Shown here in pieces: positions 1-8,982 of a stretch of DNA of 64,000 nucleotides. Numbering within the stretch: the stretch's first letter is position 1; every line of letters starts with the position of its first letter. The translations under genes and the position numbers were made by a program. The stretch is taken from positions 571-64,570 of the forward strand of contig JAEUJX010000275.1 in NCBI GenBank assembly GCA_016794545.1, written 5' to 3'. The notes beneath the pieces are model-generated. The model was not told where the DNA came from, did no database searches, and saw only the letters and a program-made list of their open reading frames with translations. Source of the DNA: Myxococcales bacterium (lineage in GTDB: Bacteria; Myxococcota_A; Polyangia; Haliangiales; Haliangiaceae).

Positions 1-585
1 GGCGCCGGCACCTCCCAGGGGCTCGCTCCCGGCACCTACGACCTGGACTTCGAGCTCGGCGGCGTCGGCGGCGACCCGCAGACCGGCATCCTCGCGACCT
101 CGCCCAAGGTGATGGGCGTCCAGATCCCGTCGGGCAACAACGTCCCGCTCACGCCGATCACGTTCACGGTCAACGCGACCGGCGGCATCAAGCTGAACCT
201 CACCGTCCCCAGCAAGCCGGGCGGTAACTGCGCCACCACCGCGATGAACGGTGCTGGCATCACCGGCATGACGCTCGTCCTCCAGCACCAGGGCACCGGC
301 ACGTGCGAGCCCGTGCAGTTCACCTACGCGGCCAACGCGACCCGGCCCGGCGGCACGTACACCGTGAACTGCGCGTCCCCGGTGGTCGCGCCGTGCATCG
401 AGAACGACCAGCAGCTCACGGCGAGCGGCGTTGCCTCGGGCAACTACCAGCTCCACATCCGCGGCAAGGTGGCGGCGGCGGACTGCTTCACGAACGACGA
501 CACGCTCCCGGTCTACCCGCTGGGGCGGGATGTGACGCGGACTCTGAACTTCGCAGCCGCACCTGCGGGCACGCCCGGCTGCTGA
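1..585 (+). CDS. hypothetical secreted/surface protein, C-terminal fragment (5' end outside window)
   Basis: Frame 1 is open from nt 1 to the TGA at 583-585. The listed ORF 109..585 is only the part after the first in-frame GTG. The sequence is Thr/Gly/Asn/Cys-rich and no family is recognised. Confidence 0.45.
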   Translation, partial: GAGTSQGLAPGTYDLDFELGGVGGDPQTGILATSPKVMGVQIPSGNNVPLTPITFTVNATGGIKLNLTVPSKPGGNCATTAMNGAGITGMTLVLQHQGTGTCEPVQFTYAANATRPGGTYTVNCASPVVAPCIENDQQLTASGVASGNYQLHIRGKVAAADCFTNDDTLPVYPLGRDVTRTLNFAAAPAGTPGC

Positions 586-604
586 GGGCTGCTATGTTCC
601 GGCG

Positions 605-2419
605 GTGACGACCGTCGATCATTACAAGCCGAACCTCCGCGACACGTTCTTCCAGCTCTTCGAGGTGCTGGAGATCCAGAAGACCAGCCTCGGGAAGGGG
701 CCGTTCTCGGCGATGGACGAGGACACCGCGCGCGCGTCGCTCGAGGGCTTCCTCGAGGTGATGCAGAGCGCGTGGGCACCGGCGTTCGCGCCGGGCGACC
801 GCGAGGGGGCGGTGTTCGATGGCAAGGGCAACGTGAAGCTGCCGGCCGGCTACAAGAAGGCGCTCGACGCGTACTTCAGCGGCGGCTGGAACAAGCTCGA
901 GCTACCCGAGAGCCTCGGCGGCTACGGCGCCCCGCCGACGGTGCAGTGGTCGGCGTTCGAGCTGATGGCCGGCGCGAACCCGAGCGTCTGCTTCTACGTG
1001 CTCGGCAACGTGATGGTCCGGATCATCGATCAGTTCGGCACCGACGCGCAGAAGAAGCGCTACGTCCAGAACATGCTCGACGGCCACTGGGGCGCCACGA
1101 TGGTGCTGACCGAGCCCGGCGCGGGCAGCGACGTCGGCGCCGGCACCACGAAGGCCACGCACGTCGCCGGCGACGAGTACCACCTCGAGGGCGTCAAGCG
1201 GTTCATCACGAACGGCGACTTCGACCATCCGGCGAACATCGTGCACATGGTGCTCGCACGGCCCGAGGGCGCGGGGCCCGGCACGAAGGGGCTCTCGCTG
1301 TTCATCGTGCCGAAGTTCTGGGTCGAGGCCGACGGCTCGATCGGCGCGCGCAACGGCGCCGTCGTGACCCAGGTGGAGCACAAGATGGGCATCAAGGGCT
1401 CGGCGACATGCGAGCTCACGCTCGGCGACGGCGCGCCCTGCCGCGGCCTGCTCCTCGGCGAGGTGCACCAGGGCATCGCGCAGATGTTCCACGTCATCGA
1501 GTACGCCCGCATGGGCGTCGGCACGAAGTCGATGGCGACGCTGTCGACGGCCTACCTGAACGCGCTCGAGTACACGCGCGTGCGCAAGCAGGGCGCCGAC
1601 CTCGCGAAGCAGATGGACAAGGCCGCGCCGCGCGTCGAGATCATCCGCCACCCCGACGTGCGGCGGATGCTGATGCTCCAGAAGGCGTTCGCCGAGGGCC
1701 TGCGCGCCGTCGTGCTGTGGACGGCGAGCATCCAGGATCAGGTCGCGATCTCCGGCGGCCACGGCAACGAGAGCTCGCGCCAGCTCGACGCGCTCAACGA
1801 CCTCATGCTGCCGCTCATCAAGGGCTACGGCTCCGAGAAGGTCTACGAGCTGCTCGCGGTCTCCCTGCAGTGCTTCGGCGGCTCGGGCTACTGCGAGGAC
1901 TATCCGATCGAGCAGTACATCCGCGATCAGAAGATCGACTCGCTGTACGAGGGCACCACGCACATCCAGGCGCTCGATCTGTTCTTCCGCAAGATCGGCC
2001 GCGACCGCGGCGCGACGCTGACCGCGCTCGTCGGTCAGATCGCGAAGACGGCCGCGGGCCTGCCGGCCGAGCTCGGGGTCGAGAAGGCGGCGCTCGAGGC
2101 CGCGATCGGCGACGTGCAGGGGATCATGGGCGCGATGATGGGCAAGCTCGGCCAGAGCGTCTATCACGTCGGGTTCCAGGGGAACCGGATCCTGTTCGCG
2201 CTCGCCGAGCTCGTGATCGGCTGGCGGCTCGCGGTGAGCGCGCAGGTCGCGCACGGCAAGGTGGGCAGCGCGACCGGCGAGGACAAGGCGTTCTACCGGG
2301 GCAAGCTCGCGGCGGCGCGGTTCTACGCGAAGAACGTCCTGCCGGGCCTCGCGCTGACCCGGAAGCTGATCGAGGCCGGCGACCTCGAGCTGATGGAGCT
2401 GCCGGACGACAGCTGGTGA
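605..2419 (+). CDS. large acyl-CoA dehydrogenase (FadE-like, with C-terminal helical extension)
   Basis: 604-aa ORF with ACAD-type motifs (LPESLGGYG, TEPGAGSDVG, RFITNGD, LYEGTTHIQALD) and a long C-terminal extension. It has high GC3 and a GTG start. Confidence 0.85.
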   Translation: MTTVDHYKPNLRDTFFQLFEVLEIQKTSLGKGPFSAMDEDTARASLEGFLEVMQSAWAPAFAPGDREGAVFDGKGNVKLPAGYKKALDAYFSGGWNKLELPESLGGYGAPPTVQWSAFELMAGANPSVCFYVLGNVMVRIIDQFGTDAQKKRYVQNMLDGHWGATMVLTEPGAGSDVGAGTTKATHVAGDEYHLEGVKRFITNGDFDHPANIVHMVLARPEGAGPGTKGLSLFIVPKFWVEADGSIGARNGAVVTQVEHKMGIKGSATCELTLGDGAPCRGLLLGEVHQGIAQMFHVIEYARMGVGTKSMATLSTAYLNALEYTRVRKQGADLAKQMDKAAPRVEIIRHPDVRRMLMLQKAFAEGLRAVVLWTASIQDQVAISGGHGNESSRQLDALNDLMLPLIKGYGSEKVYELLAVSLQCFGGSGYCEDYPIEQYIRDQKIDSLYEGTTHIQALDLFFRKIGRDRGATLTALVGQIAKTAAGLPAELGVEKAALEAAIGDVQGIMGAMMGKLGQSVYHVGFQGNRILFALAELVIGWRLAVSAQVAHGKVGSATGEDKAFYRGKLAAARFYAKNVLPGLALTRKLIEAGDLELMELPDDSW

Positions 2420-4605
2420 CGACGCACAAGCGCATCTGCCCGCTGTGCGAGGCGTGCTGCGGGCTCGAGCTCGAGCTCGAGGGCCCCGCCGGCGCGGAGT
2501 CGGTCGTCGCGATCCGCGGCGACGAGACCGACGTGTTCTCGCAGGGCTACATCTGCCCGAAGGGCGCCGCGCTCGGCGAGCTGCACGCCGATCCGGATCG
2601 GCTGCGCGCGCCGCTCGTGAAGCGCGATGGCGCGTTCGTCGAGGTCACGTGGGACGAGGCGTTCGCGGAGATCGCGAGGCGCCTGCCGCCGATCCTCGGC
2701 GAGCGCGGCGGAAGCGCGGTCGCGATGATCCTCGGCAACCCGAGCGCGCACAAGGCGGGCCTGCTCCTCTACGGCGCCCGGCTGACCCGTGCGATCGGCA
2801 CGCAGAACATCTTCTCGGCCTCGACGCTCGACCAGATGCCGAAGCAGCTGTCGTCGGGCTGGATGTTCGGCCACTGGCTGTCCGTCGCGGTGCCCGACAT
2901 CGAGCGCACGCAGCTGCTCGTGATCCTCGGCGCGAACCCGATGGCCTCGAACGGCAGCATGTGGACCGTGCCCGACTTCAAGGGCAAGGCGAAGGCGCTG
3001 AAGGATCGCGGCGGCAAGATCGTCGTGATCGATCCGCGCGCGACCGAGACCGCGAAGCTCGCCGACCAGCACCTCGCGATCCGGCCGGGCGGCGACGCGT
3101 TCCTGCTGCTCGCGATCGTTCACGCGTTGTTCGCCGAGAACCTCGTGAAGCTCGGGCGCCTCGCCGAGCACGCGGCCGGCGTCGACGAGCTGCGGGCGGT
3201 CTCCGAGCCGGTCCCGCCGGAGCGCGTCGCCGCACGCTGCGGGATCGATGCGGCGGCGATCCGCGCGCTCGCGCGCGAGCTCGCGACCACCGAGCGCGCC
3301 GTGCTCTACGGCCGCATCGGCACGTGCACGCAGGAGTACGGCACGCTCGCGTCGTGGCTGGTCGATGTCGTCAACGCGCTGACCGGCCACCTCGACGAGC
3401 CGGGCGGCGCGATGTTCCCGAAGGCGGCGGCGTTCGCCGCGAACACGACGGGCGCGCCGGGGAAGGGGAAGGGCATCACCGTCGGGCGCCGGCGCAGCCG
3501 CGTCTCTGGTGCCCCCGAGGTGTTCGGCGAGTTGCCGATGACCTGCCTCGCCGAGGAGATCGAGACGCCGGGCGACGGCCAGGTGAGAGCCGCGATCGTG
3601 ATCGCGGCGAACCCTGTGCTGTCCGCACCCAACGGCCCGCGGATCGCGGCGGCGCTCGCGAACCTGGATTTCCTGGTCTCGTTCGACATCTACCTGAACG
3701 AGACGTCGCGCCTCGCGCACGTGATCCTGCCGGCGTTCAGCTCGCTCGCCGAGCCGCACTTCGACGTCGCGTTCCCGCAGCTCGCGTGCCGCAACACCGC
3801 GCGCTACAGCCCCGCGCTCGTCGCGCCGCCCGCCGGCCATCCGCCGGAGTGGCAGCAGCTGCTGCGCATGTACGCGATCGTGACCGGCAAGGGGGCGGAT
3901 GCGGACCTGATGGCGCTCGACGACGAGCTCGCCGCGGCCGACGTCGCGCGCGTCGCCGGCCCGATGGCGCCGATGATCCTCCAGCAGGTCGCGCCCGCGC
4001 GCGGGCCCGATCGGCTGCTCGACCTCGCGCTGCGCGCCGGGCCGTATCGCCTGACGCTGGCGCAGCTGCGCGAGGCACCGGCCGGCGTCGACCTCGGCGA
4101 GCTCGCACCGCGCATCCCCGAGCTGCTGCGCACGCCGTCGGGCAAGGTCGAGCTCGCGCCGCCACCGCTCGTCGCGGATGTCGCACGCGCGCTCGCGGAC
4201 CTCGATCGCCCCGCGCCGCCGCTCGTGATCATCGGGCGTCGCCACCTGCGCTCGAACAACTCGTGGATGCACAACCTGCCGACGCTCACCGCCGGCAAGT
4301 TCCGCGGCGCGCTGCTCGTGCACCCGGCCGACGCCGCGCGCACGGGCGTCACCGATGGTGGTCGCGCCCGGGTCTCGCGCGGCGGTCGCACGATCGATGT
4401 CGACGTCGCGGTCACCACCGACGTCGCGCCCGGCGTGTGCTCGCTGCCGCACGGCTGGGGGCACGATCAGCCGGGCACGCGGCTCACGGTCGCGTCGCAG
4501 CGCCCGGGCGCGAACCTGAACGCGATCCTCGATGACTCGCTCCGCGATCCACTCTCCGGCAACGCCGTGCTCGGCGGGGTCGCGGTGGAGCTCGCTCCGC
4601 TGTGA
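2416..4605 (+). CDS. molybdopterin-dependent oxidoreductase (MopB superfamily, formate-dehydrogenase-like)
   Basis: Start placed at GTG 2416, which overlaps the upstream TGA (GTGA). The N-terminus has a 4Fe-4S Cys cluster (CPLCEACCG...ICPKG), followed by the molybdopterin oxidoreductase body and a C-terminal dinucleotide-binding-like barrel. The 772-2415 part of the listed ORF is an Arg-rich shadow of the ACAD gene. Confidence 0.8.
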   Translation: MTTHKRICPLCEACCGLELELEGPAGAESVVAIRGDETDVFSQGYICPKGAALGELHADPDRLRAPLVKRDGAFVEVTWDEAFAEIARRLPPILGERGGSAVAMILGNPSAHKAGLLLYGARLTRAIGTQNIFSASTLDQMPKQLSSGWMFGHWLSVAVPDIERTQLLVILGANPMASNGSMWTVPDFKGKAKALKDRGGKIVVIDPRATETAKLADQHLAIRPGGDAFLLLAIVHALFAENLVKLGRLAEHAAGVDELRAVSEPVPPERVAARCGIDAAAIRALARELATTERAVLYGRIGTCTQEYGTLASWLVDVVNALTGHLDEPGGAMFPKAAAFAANTTGAPGKGKGITVGRRRSRVSGAPEVFGELPMTCLAEEIETPGDGQVRAAIVIAANPVLSAPNGPRIAAALANLDFLVSFDIYLNETSRLAHVILPAFSSLAEPHFDVAFPQLACRNTARYSPALVAPPAGHPPEWQQLLRMYAIVTGKGADADLMALDDELAAADVARVAGPMAPMILQQVAPARGPDRLLDLALRAGPYRLTLAQLREAPAGVDLGELAPRIPELLRTPSGKVELAPPPLVADVARALADLDRPAPPLVIIGRRHLRSNNSWMHNLPTLTAGKFRGALLVHPADAARTGVTDGGRARVSRGGRTIDVDVAVTTDVAPGVCSLPHGWGHDQPGTRLTVASQRPGANLNAILDDSLRDPLSGNAVLGGVAVELAPL

Positions 4606-5129
4606 TGCCCGGCCCGGACGCGGCGCGCATTCGCGTCGTCCGCGGCGACATCACCAAGCTCGCCGTCGACGCGATCGTCAACGCGGCGAACACCTCGCTC
4701 CTCGGCGGAGGTGGCGTCGACGGTGCGATCCACCGCGCGGCCGGGCCCGGGCTCCTGGAGGAGTGCCGCCGGCTCGGCGGTTGCGAGACCGGCGATGCGA
4801 AGCTGACCAGCGGGTACGACCTGCCCGCGGCGTACGTCATCCACACGCCGGGTCCCGTCTATCACGACGGCACGCGCGGCGAGCCGGCGCTGCTCGCGTC
4901 GTGCTACCGGCGCTGCCTCGAGATCGCGCGCGAGCACGGCGTCGAGACGATCGCGTTCCCGGCGATCTCGACGGGCATCTTCGGCTATCCGCTCGACGAG
5001 GCCGCCGACATCGCGGTCACCACGATCGCGGCCGAGCTCCGCGCGCACGAGCTCCCGCGCGAGGTCGTCCTGTGCACGTTCAGCCAGGAGGCGACGAACG
5101 CGATCCTCGATCGGCTCGCGCGCAAATGA
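4602..5129 (+). CDS. ymdB: macro-domain protein, O-acetyl-ADP-ribose deacetylase (YmdB-like)
   Basis: 175 aa that align almost end to end with E. coli YmdB ([47 protein letters not shown]). The GTGATG start region overlaps the upstream TGA. Confidence 0.85.
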   Translation: MMPGPDAARIRVVRGDITKLAVDAIVNAANTSLLGGGGVDGAIHRAAGPGLLEECRRLGGCETGDAKLTSGYDLPAAYVIHTPGPVYHDGTRGEPALLASCYRRCLEIAREHGVETIAFPAISTGIFGYPLDEAADIAVTTIAAELRAHELPREVVLCTFSQEATNAILDRLARK

Positions 5130-5569
5130 GGATCGCGGCCGCCGTGCTCGTGCTCGCCGCCTGCGGATCGCGGCGCGCTGCCGACGATCAGAAAGCGCTG
5201 CGCACCGAGGCGCAGGTCGAGCTCAACAAGCTCGCGAAGAGCCTCAAGGCCCACTGGGTCGAGGCGGGGAGATTCCCGATCGGAACGGCGGCGCCGCTTC
5301 CCGCAGACCCGTGCTGCAAGGGCAAGCATGGGCGGTGCGGCGTGACGTCCGCGTGGCACGCCGATCCGGTGTGGAAGGCTTTGCGGTTCGACGTCCTCGA
5401 TGCCGGCCACCTGCAGTTCGCGTACGAGAGCGACGGCACGACCGCGACCGCGAGAGCGATCGCCGACCTCGACTGCGACGGCACCACGATCACGTTCACG
5501 CTGCGCGTGTCGGTGCAGGACGGCACGCCCCGTGCGGTGCTCGATCAGCCGCCGCTCGATGCCGACTGA
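5126..5569 (+). CDS. hypothetical lipoprotein (pilin-like DLDCDG motif)
   Basis: Internal ATG at 5126 overlaps the macro-domain stop (ATGA). It gives a lipoprotein signal, [13 protein letters not shown]. The product is 147 aa; the upstream part of listed ORF 4532..5569 is an Arg-rich shadow. Confidence 0.55.
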   Translation: MRIAAAVLVLAACGSRRAADDQKALRTEAQVELNKLAKSLKAHWVEAGRFPIGTAAPLPADPCCKGKHGRCGVTSAWHADPVWKALRFDVLDAGHLQFAYESDGTTATARAIADLDCDGTTITFTLRVSVQDGTPRAVLDQPPLDAD

Positions 5570-5575
5570 CGGGCG

Positions 5576-6034
5576 TCAGGGCTTGATCCACGCGAAGTCG
5601 CAGATCGGCTCGCCCGTGAGGTCGTTGTAGAAGCAGCACTCGATGTACTCGCGGCCCTCGGGCCAGCTGCGCGTGACGTCCTTGTAGCAGCCGACCCACG
5701 GATCGAGCCACTTCGCGAAGATCGCGTCGCTCGCCGACACATCGGTGCAACCCTCCAGCGTGCTGGCAATGCACTTCGCCCCCGCCGTGGTCACGGCTCC
5801 GAGCGCGGCTTTGTAGAGCGGCGGGTTCGACGTCTCGCACCGCTCGACATCGGACCATCGCGTGAACGTCGACTTCGTCGCGAGGCACTTCGACTTCGTG
5901 ACGAGCGCGGAGCTCTCGAGCTCCTCCTCCTCGGGCACCTCGTCGATCGCACAGGCGCCGGTGACGGCGGCAAGGCCGAGCGCGAGGACAACGGTTGCGA
6001 GCGAACGGTGAGCTGGGACCGGGTTCTTCATCAT
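5576..6034 (-). CDS. hypothetical Cys-rich lipoprotein
   Basis: Start moved to the ATGATG at 6034, giving the signal and lipobox MMKNPVPAHRSLATVVLALGLAAVTGAC. The mature part has about 10 Cys. No family is recognised. Confidence 0.55.
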   Translation of the reverse strand: MMKNPVPAHRSLATVVLALGLAAVTGACAIDEVPEEEELESSALVTKSKCLATKSTFTRWSDVERCETSNPPLYKAALGAVTTAGAKCIASTLEGCTDVSASDAIFAKWLDPWVGCYKDVTRSWPEGREYIECCFYNDLTGEPICDFAWIKP

Positions 6035-6640
6035 GGCGCTCGCTTCAGCAAGTACGAGGCCATCGCCTCGCCACGCGGCGCCACGACTTGCGCGCCGCAC
6101 AGACCGATCGAACGGACGATCAGACCGGTCGTTTCGAGCGATGCGCTCGTGCCATGGGCTTCGCGATCGCGTTGGTCTCACCGGAGGCCCCAACAATGCG
6201 CGAGCTCATCCTCGCGACCCAGGCCCAGCAGCGGTTGCGTGCAGCTATCTTGGTGCACTCCCCCTGAAGACTGAGTAGGAACTGCCGTGCTTTGAGGCTT
6301 CGCACGTGCCACGACGTGCCATCCCGGCAGAACGCTTCTTGGCGATCTCGGCGATGGATCGGGACACGGGGTGCCGTGCGAAGCCGGAGGCGACAGCGCA
6401 GGTGGCGTCGACGGCGCGTGGACGCTGTTCGCAGCAGCTCCGCCGTACCGACGGGCACAAGCCCCCGCATGGGAACCACCGATCAGCGCCGCTTGCGTCG
6501 ATCACGCAGATCCTCGGCGAGCCGGCAATGCACGCGCTCCCGTGCTCCGTCCTTCGCCCTCCTTGGCCCCCCCGTTCTCCGAAGACCTGGTTTCGGTTCG
6601 CGGACCCGGGTCGGCAGGTCATGGGATGCGTTCTAGCGCG

Positions 6641-6988
6641 TCACTGCTTCTTGCCGAGCTTCGCGTAGACGTCCTTGTCGAAGCCGACCGTGACCTGCTT
6701 GCCGTCGATCAGGATCGGGCGGCGCAGGAGGTTCATGTCCTTCGCCGCGGCCGCCGCGAACTCGGCGGCGGAGGGCGGCTTGGCGGACCAGCCCTTCGCC
6801 TTCGCGATCTCGTGCCGCGTGTTGAGCACCGCGGCGACCGATCCGGCGGCGGCGACGAGCGCCTTCACCGTGGCCTCGGACAGGCCGGTCTTCGCGTAAT
6901 CGATCTCCTCGAACTCGAGCCCGCTGTCGCGCAAGGAACTCCTCGCGTTCCGGCAGCTCGTTCAGGTCTTCTTCAGGTAGAGCTTCAC
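6641..6988 (-). CDS. ArsC/Spx/YffB-family thioredoxin-fold protein with in-frame TGA at the catalytic Cys position (candidate selenoprotein)
   Basis: Listed ORFs 6962..7492(-) and 6641..6934(-) share one frame and are separated only by the TGA at 6962-6964. Read through, the product is VKLYLKKT-[TGA]-TSCRNARSSLRDSGLEFEEIDY...LNTR...RRPILIDGKQVTVGF, about 115 aa. It aligns with E. coli YffB ([20 protein letters not shown]...LNTR...KRPLL...LGF), with the TGA falling on the first Cys of CxxC. The GTG start at 6988 lies 10 nt after the upstream TAA. Confidence 0.6.
6923..6957 (-). promoter_or_regulatory. SECIS-like hairpin 3' of the in-frame UGA
   Basis: The mRNA after the UGA reads ACGAGCUGCCGGAACGCGAGGAGUUCCUUGCGCGACAGC. 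A 17-nt hairpin, GGAAC-GCGAGGA-GUUCC (6951..6935), begins 10 nt after the UGA. It can be extended by a lower stem, GCUG/CAGC. Folded by eye only. Confidence 0.35.
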
Positions 6989-6998
6989 CCGAGCGAGG

Positions 6999-8150
6999 TT
7001 ACATGAAGTTGCGCGTGTGGAGCGCGGACAGCGCGGCCGCCTGGTCGGGAGCGAAGCCGAGCCGGACGAGGCGCTGGCGGCGGCCGTCGTCCATGTCGCG
7101 CTGGAGCTCGACGACCGCAGTGTGGCCGGCGCGCAGCCGCGCGGGCTCCCAGCCGCCGGCGGCGAGCAGGAGGAGCGCGTCGAACACCTCGGCATTGAGG
7201 CCGGCGGTGTGGGCGAGCGCGGTGTGGCGGCGCTCGATCGCGGCCGCGAGGCGCTCGCGGAGGGCAGGGTCCTCCGCGACGTGGCGCTGGAGGTGCGCGA
7301 GGCCGAACGCGACGTGGCGGGCCTCGTCCTGCGCGGCGAGGCGGGCGACCTCGCGCGTGCAGAGGTCGGGGCCGTGCCGGTGCAGGAACCACAGCAGCGA
7401 GAGGAACGAGCCCTCGCCGAGGACGGAGAGCAGAAACGAGGCGATCGCGAAGTCCGGTTCGTCGAACAGCGTCGCGAGCGACGCCTGGCCACCGGCGCTC
7501 GACAGGCCGAGCACGTCGCGGCGGAGGCGCGCGCGGCGCGTGAACACCTCGACGTGGCGCGCCTCGTCGGCGGTCTGGATCGCGAGCAGCTGCATGATCT
7601 CCCGGAAGTGCGGGTGCAGCCGGCCGAGGAACCGCGCGGGCACGAGGAGCGCGGCGGTCTCGTTCTCGATCAGGTAGGTCATCACCTGCACGACCGCGTC
7701 CTCGACCTCGGCGGGGTGATCCGCGGGCGCGTCCCACGGGATCGCCGTCGCCGGATCCCACTGCGCGGCGGAGGCCTGCGCGTAGAGGCGCGCGGCCTCG
7801 TCGGCCCACACCTCGGCGCGCGTCGCGAGGGGCAGGTCGAGCGCGGGTGCGCCGCGCTCGACGAGCGCCCCGCGGGCGGCGAGGCCCCAGTGCGCGGGCG
7901 CGACGGCCTCGGGCGCGGCCGCGCGGCCCGCCCGCTCGGCGGTGCGCCAGCGATCGGGGCCGCGCACGAGCACGAACCCGCCGTCGCGCGCCGTGCACGT
8001 GTGGCCCTGCGCGCGCGCCCACGCCGGGACGTCGATCACCAGCGTCGACGCCGTGCCGCGCACGACGACCTCCGGGGCCTCGGCGAGCGCGCGCTTCACG
8101 AGGAGGTGTGCGCCCTCGTCGAGTCCGAGATCGCCGAGGTCGAGGTTCAT
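6999..8150 (-). CDS. ferritin-like diiron protein with N-terminal Cys-less TusA-like domain
   Basis: ATG at 8150 overlaps the upstream stop (ATGA). Two ExxH-type diiron motifs are present (ADEARHVEVF, QDEARHVAFG) plus ENETAAL and LGEGSF helices. The first ~70 aa resemble TusA/SirA but carry DEGA in place of CPxP. The product is 383 aa. Confidence 0.6.
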   Translation of the reverse strand: MNLDLGDLGLDEGAHLLVKRALAEAPEVVVRGTASTLVIDVPAWARAQGHTCTARDGGFVLVRGPDRWRTAERAGRAAAPEAVAPAHWGLAARGALVERGAPALDLPLATRAEVWADEAARLYAQASAAQWDPATAIPWDAPADHPAEVEDAVVQVMTYLIENETAALLVPARFLGRLHPHFREIMQLLAIQTADEARHVEVFTRRARLRRDVLGLSSAGGQASLATLFDEPDFAIASFLLSVLGEGSFLSLLWFLHRHGPDLCTREVARLAAQDEARHVAFGLAHLQRHVAEDPALRERLAAAIERRHTALAHTAGLNAEVFDALLLLAAGGWEPARLRAGHTAVVELQRDMDDGRRQRLVRLGFAPDQAAALSALHTRNFM

Positions 8151-8980
8151 GCGACCGACTTCAGCCACGGCTCGATCGTGCCGAACCGATCGATCGCGCG
8201 CTCGAGGAGCGCGTAGCCGCTGGTGCGCCCGGGCTTCCAGACCTTCAGGCCCTCCATGTCGAGCAGCGGCCGCACGCGCTCGTCGTCGTACGACATGCCG
8301 AGCAGGAGCTCGCGGAACTTCGCCGTCGCCGGCGGGCCGCCGTCGAGCACCGTGAAGTTGCAGTGGTCGTAGGGCGCGGTCTGGAGCACCACGCGCACCG
8401 CCGGCGGCACGAACAGCGCCTCGCGGATGAACGCGAGGCGGTTGCCGTCGATGATGCACGCCGCGTCGACCGTGCCGGCGAGCAGCGCCTTCACCGCGTC
8501 GCGCTCGCCGCCCACGTGATCGCCGTGCTTGCCGACCATCACCTCGTGGCGCACCACGTGACCTTCGACCCCCGCCTCCGCGAGCGCGACCAGCGGGATC
8601 AGCGTGGCCTGCGGCGAGTCGGAGGCGCCCACGCCGATCCGCTTGCCCCGGAGGTCGGCGAGCTCGCGGATCGGGCCGTCGGACCGGACGAGCACGACGC
8701 TCGTCAGATCGCAGTCGGTGTCGCGCATCGCGATCGCGGTGGCGGTACGGCCGGCCTGCTTCGCGGCGCGCTCGGCCTCGAGCCACGCGAGCGGCGAGTT
8801 CCACGCGCAGTCGATGTCACCGCGCAGGTGGGCCTCGACCTGCTTCTCGTAGTTCGAGTAGAGGACGAAGTCGAACGGGAGGCCGTGGCTGTCGAAGTAC
8901 GTCTTGAAGCCCTCCCAGATCGGGACGACCTTCGCGTCGTACGCGACGGCACCGAGGACGAATGGCTTGCTCGTCGTCAT
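8147..8980 (-). CDS. PhnD/SsuA-like periplasmic-binding-fold protein without signal peptide
   Basis: 277 aa from ATG 8980. The sequence pattern resembles phosphonate/phosphite-type substrate-binding proteins (FVLGAV...YSNYEKQVEAL..GDIDCAW, GKRIGVGASDSPQATLIP). The N-terminus has no hydrophobic leader. Confidence 0.5.
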   Translation of the reverse strand: MTTSKPFVLGAVAYDAKVVPIWEGFKTYFDSHGLPFDFVLYSNYEKQVEAHLRGDIDCAWNSPLAWLEAERAAKQAGRTATAIAMRDTDCDLTSVVLVRSDGPIRELADLRGKRIGVGASDSPQATLIPLVALAEAGVEGHVVRHEVMVGKHGDHVGGERDAVKALLAGTVDAACIIDGNRLAFIREALFVPPAVRVVLQTAPYDHCNFTVLDGGPPATAKFRELLLGMSYDDERVRPLLDMEGLKVWKPGRTSGYALLERAIDRFGTIEPWLKSVA

Positions 8981-8982
8981 GG

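Noticed and set aside
772-2415. The 5' two-fifths of the 1277-aa listed ORF 772..4605, which would make a giant fusion protein.
   Set aside because: The translation is Arg/Gly/Ala-rich nonsense that overlaps the well-supported ACAD gene in another frame. The real Mo-oxidoreductase begins at GTG 2416 with its Fe-S Cys cluster.
6035-6640. A ~600-bp gap containing only weak ORFs, for example 6245..6622(-), a Cys-rich 125-aa ORF. It was considered as a missed gene, pseudogene or ncRNA.
   Set aside because: No recognisable protein motif, signal peptide, tRNA-like arm or strong hairpin is present. GC3 is only moderate. It may be a decayed gene, but I cannot support a call.
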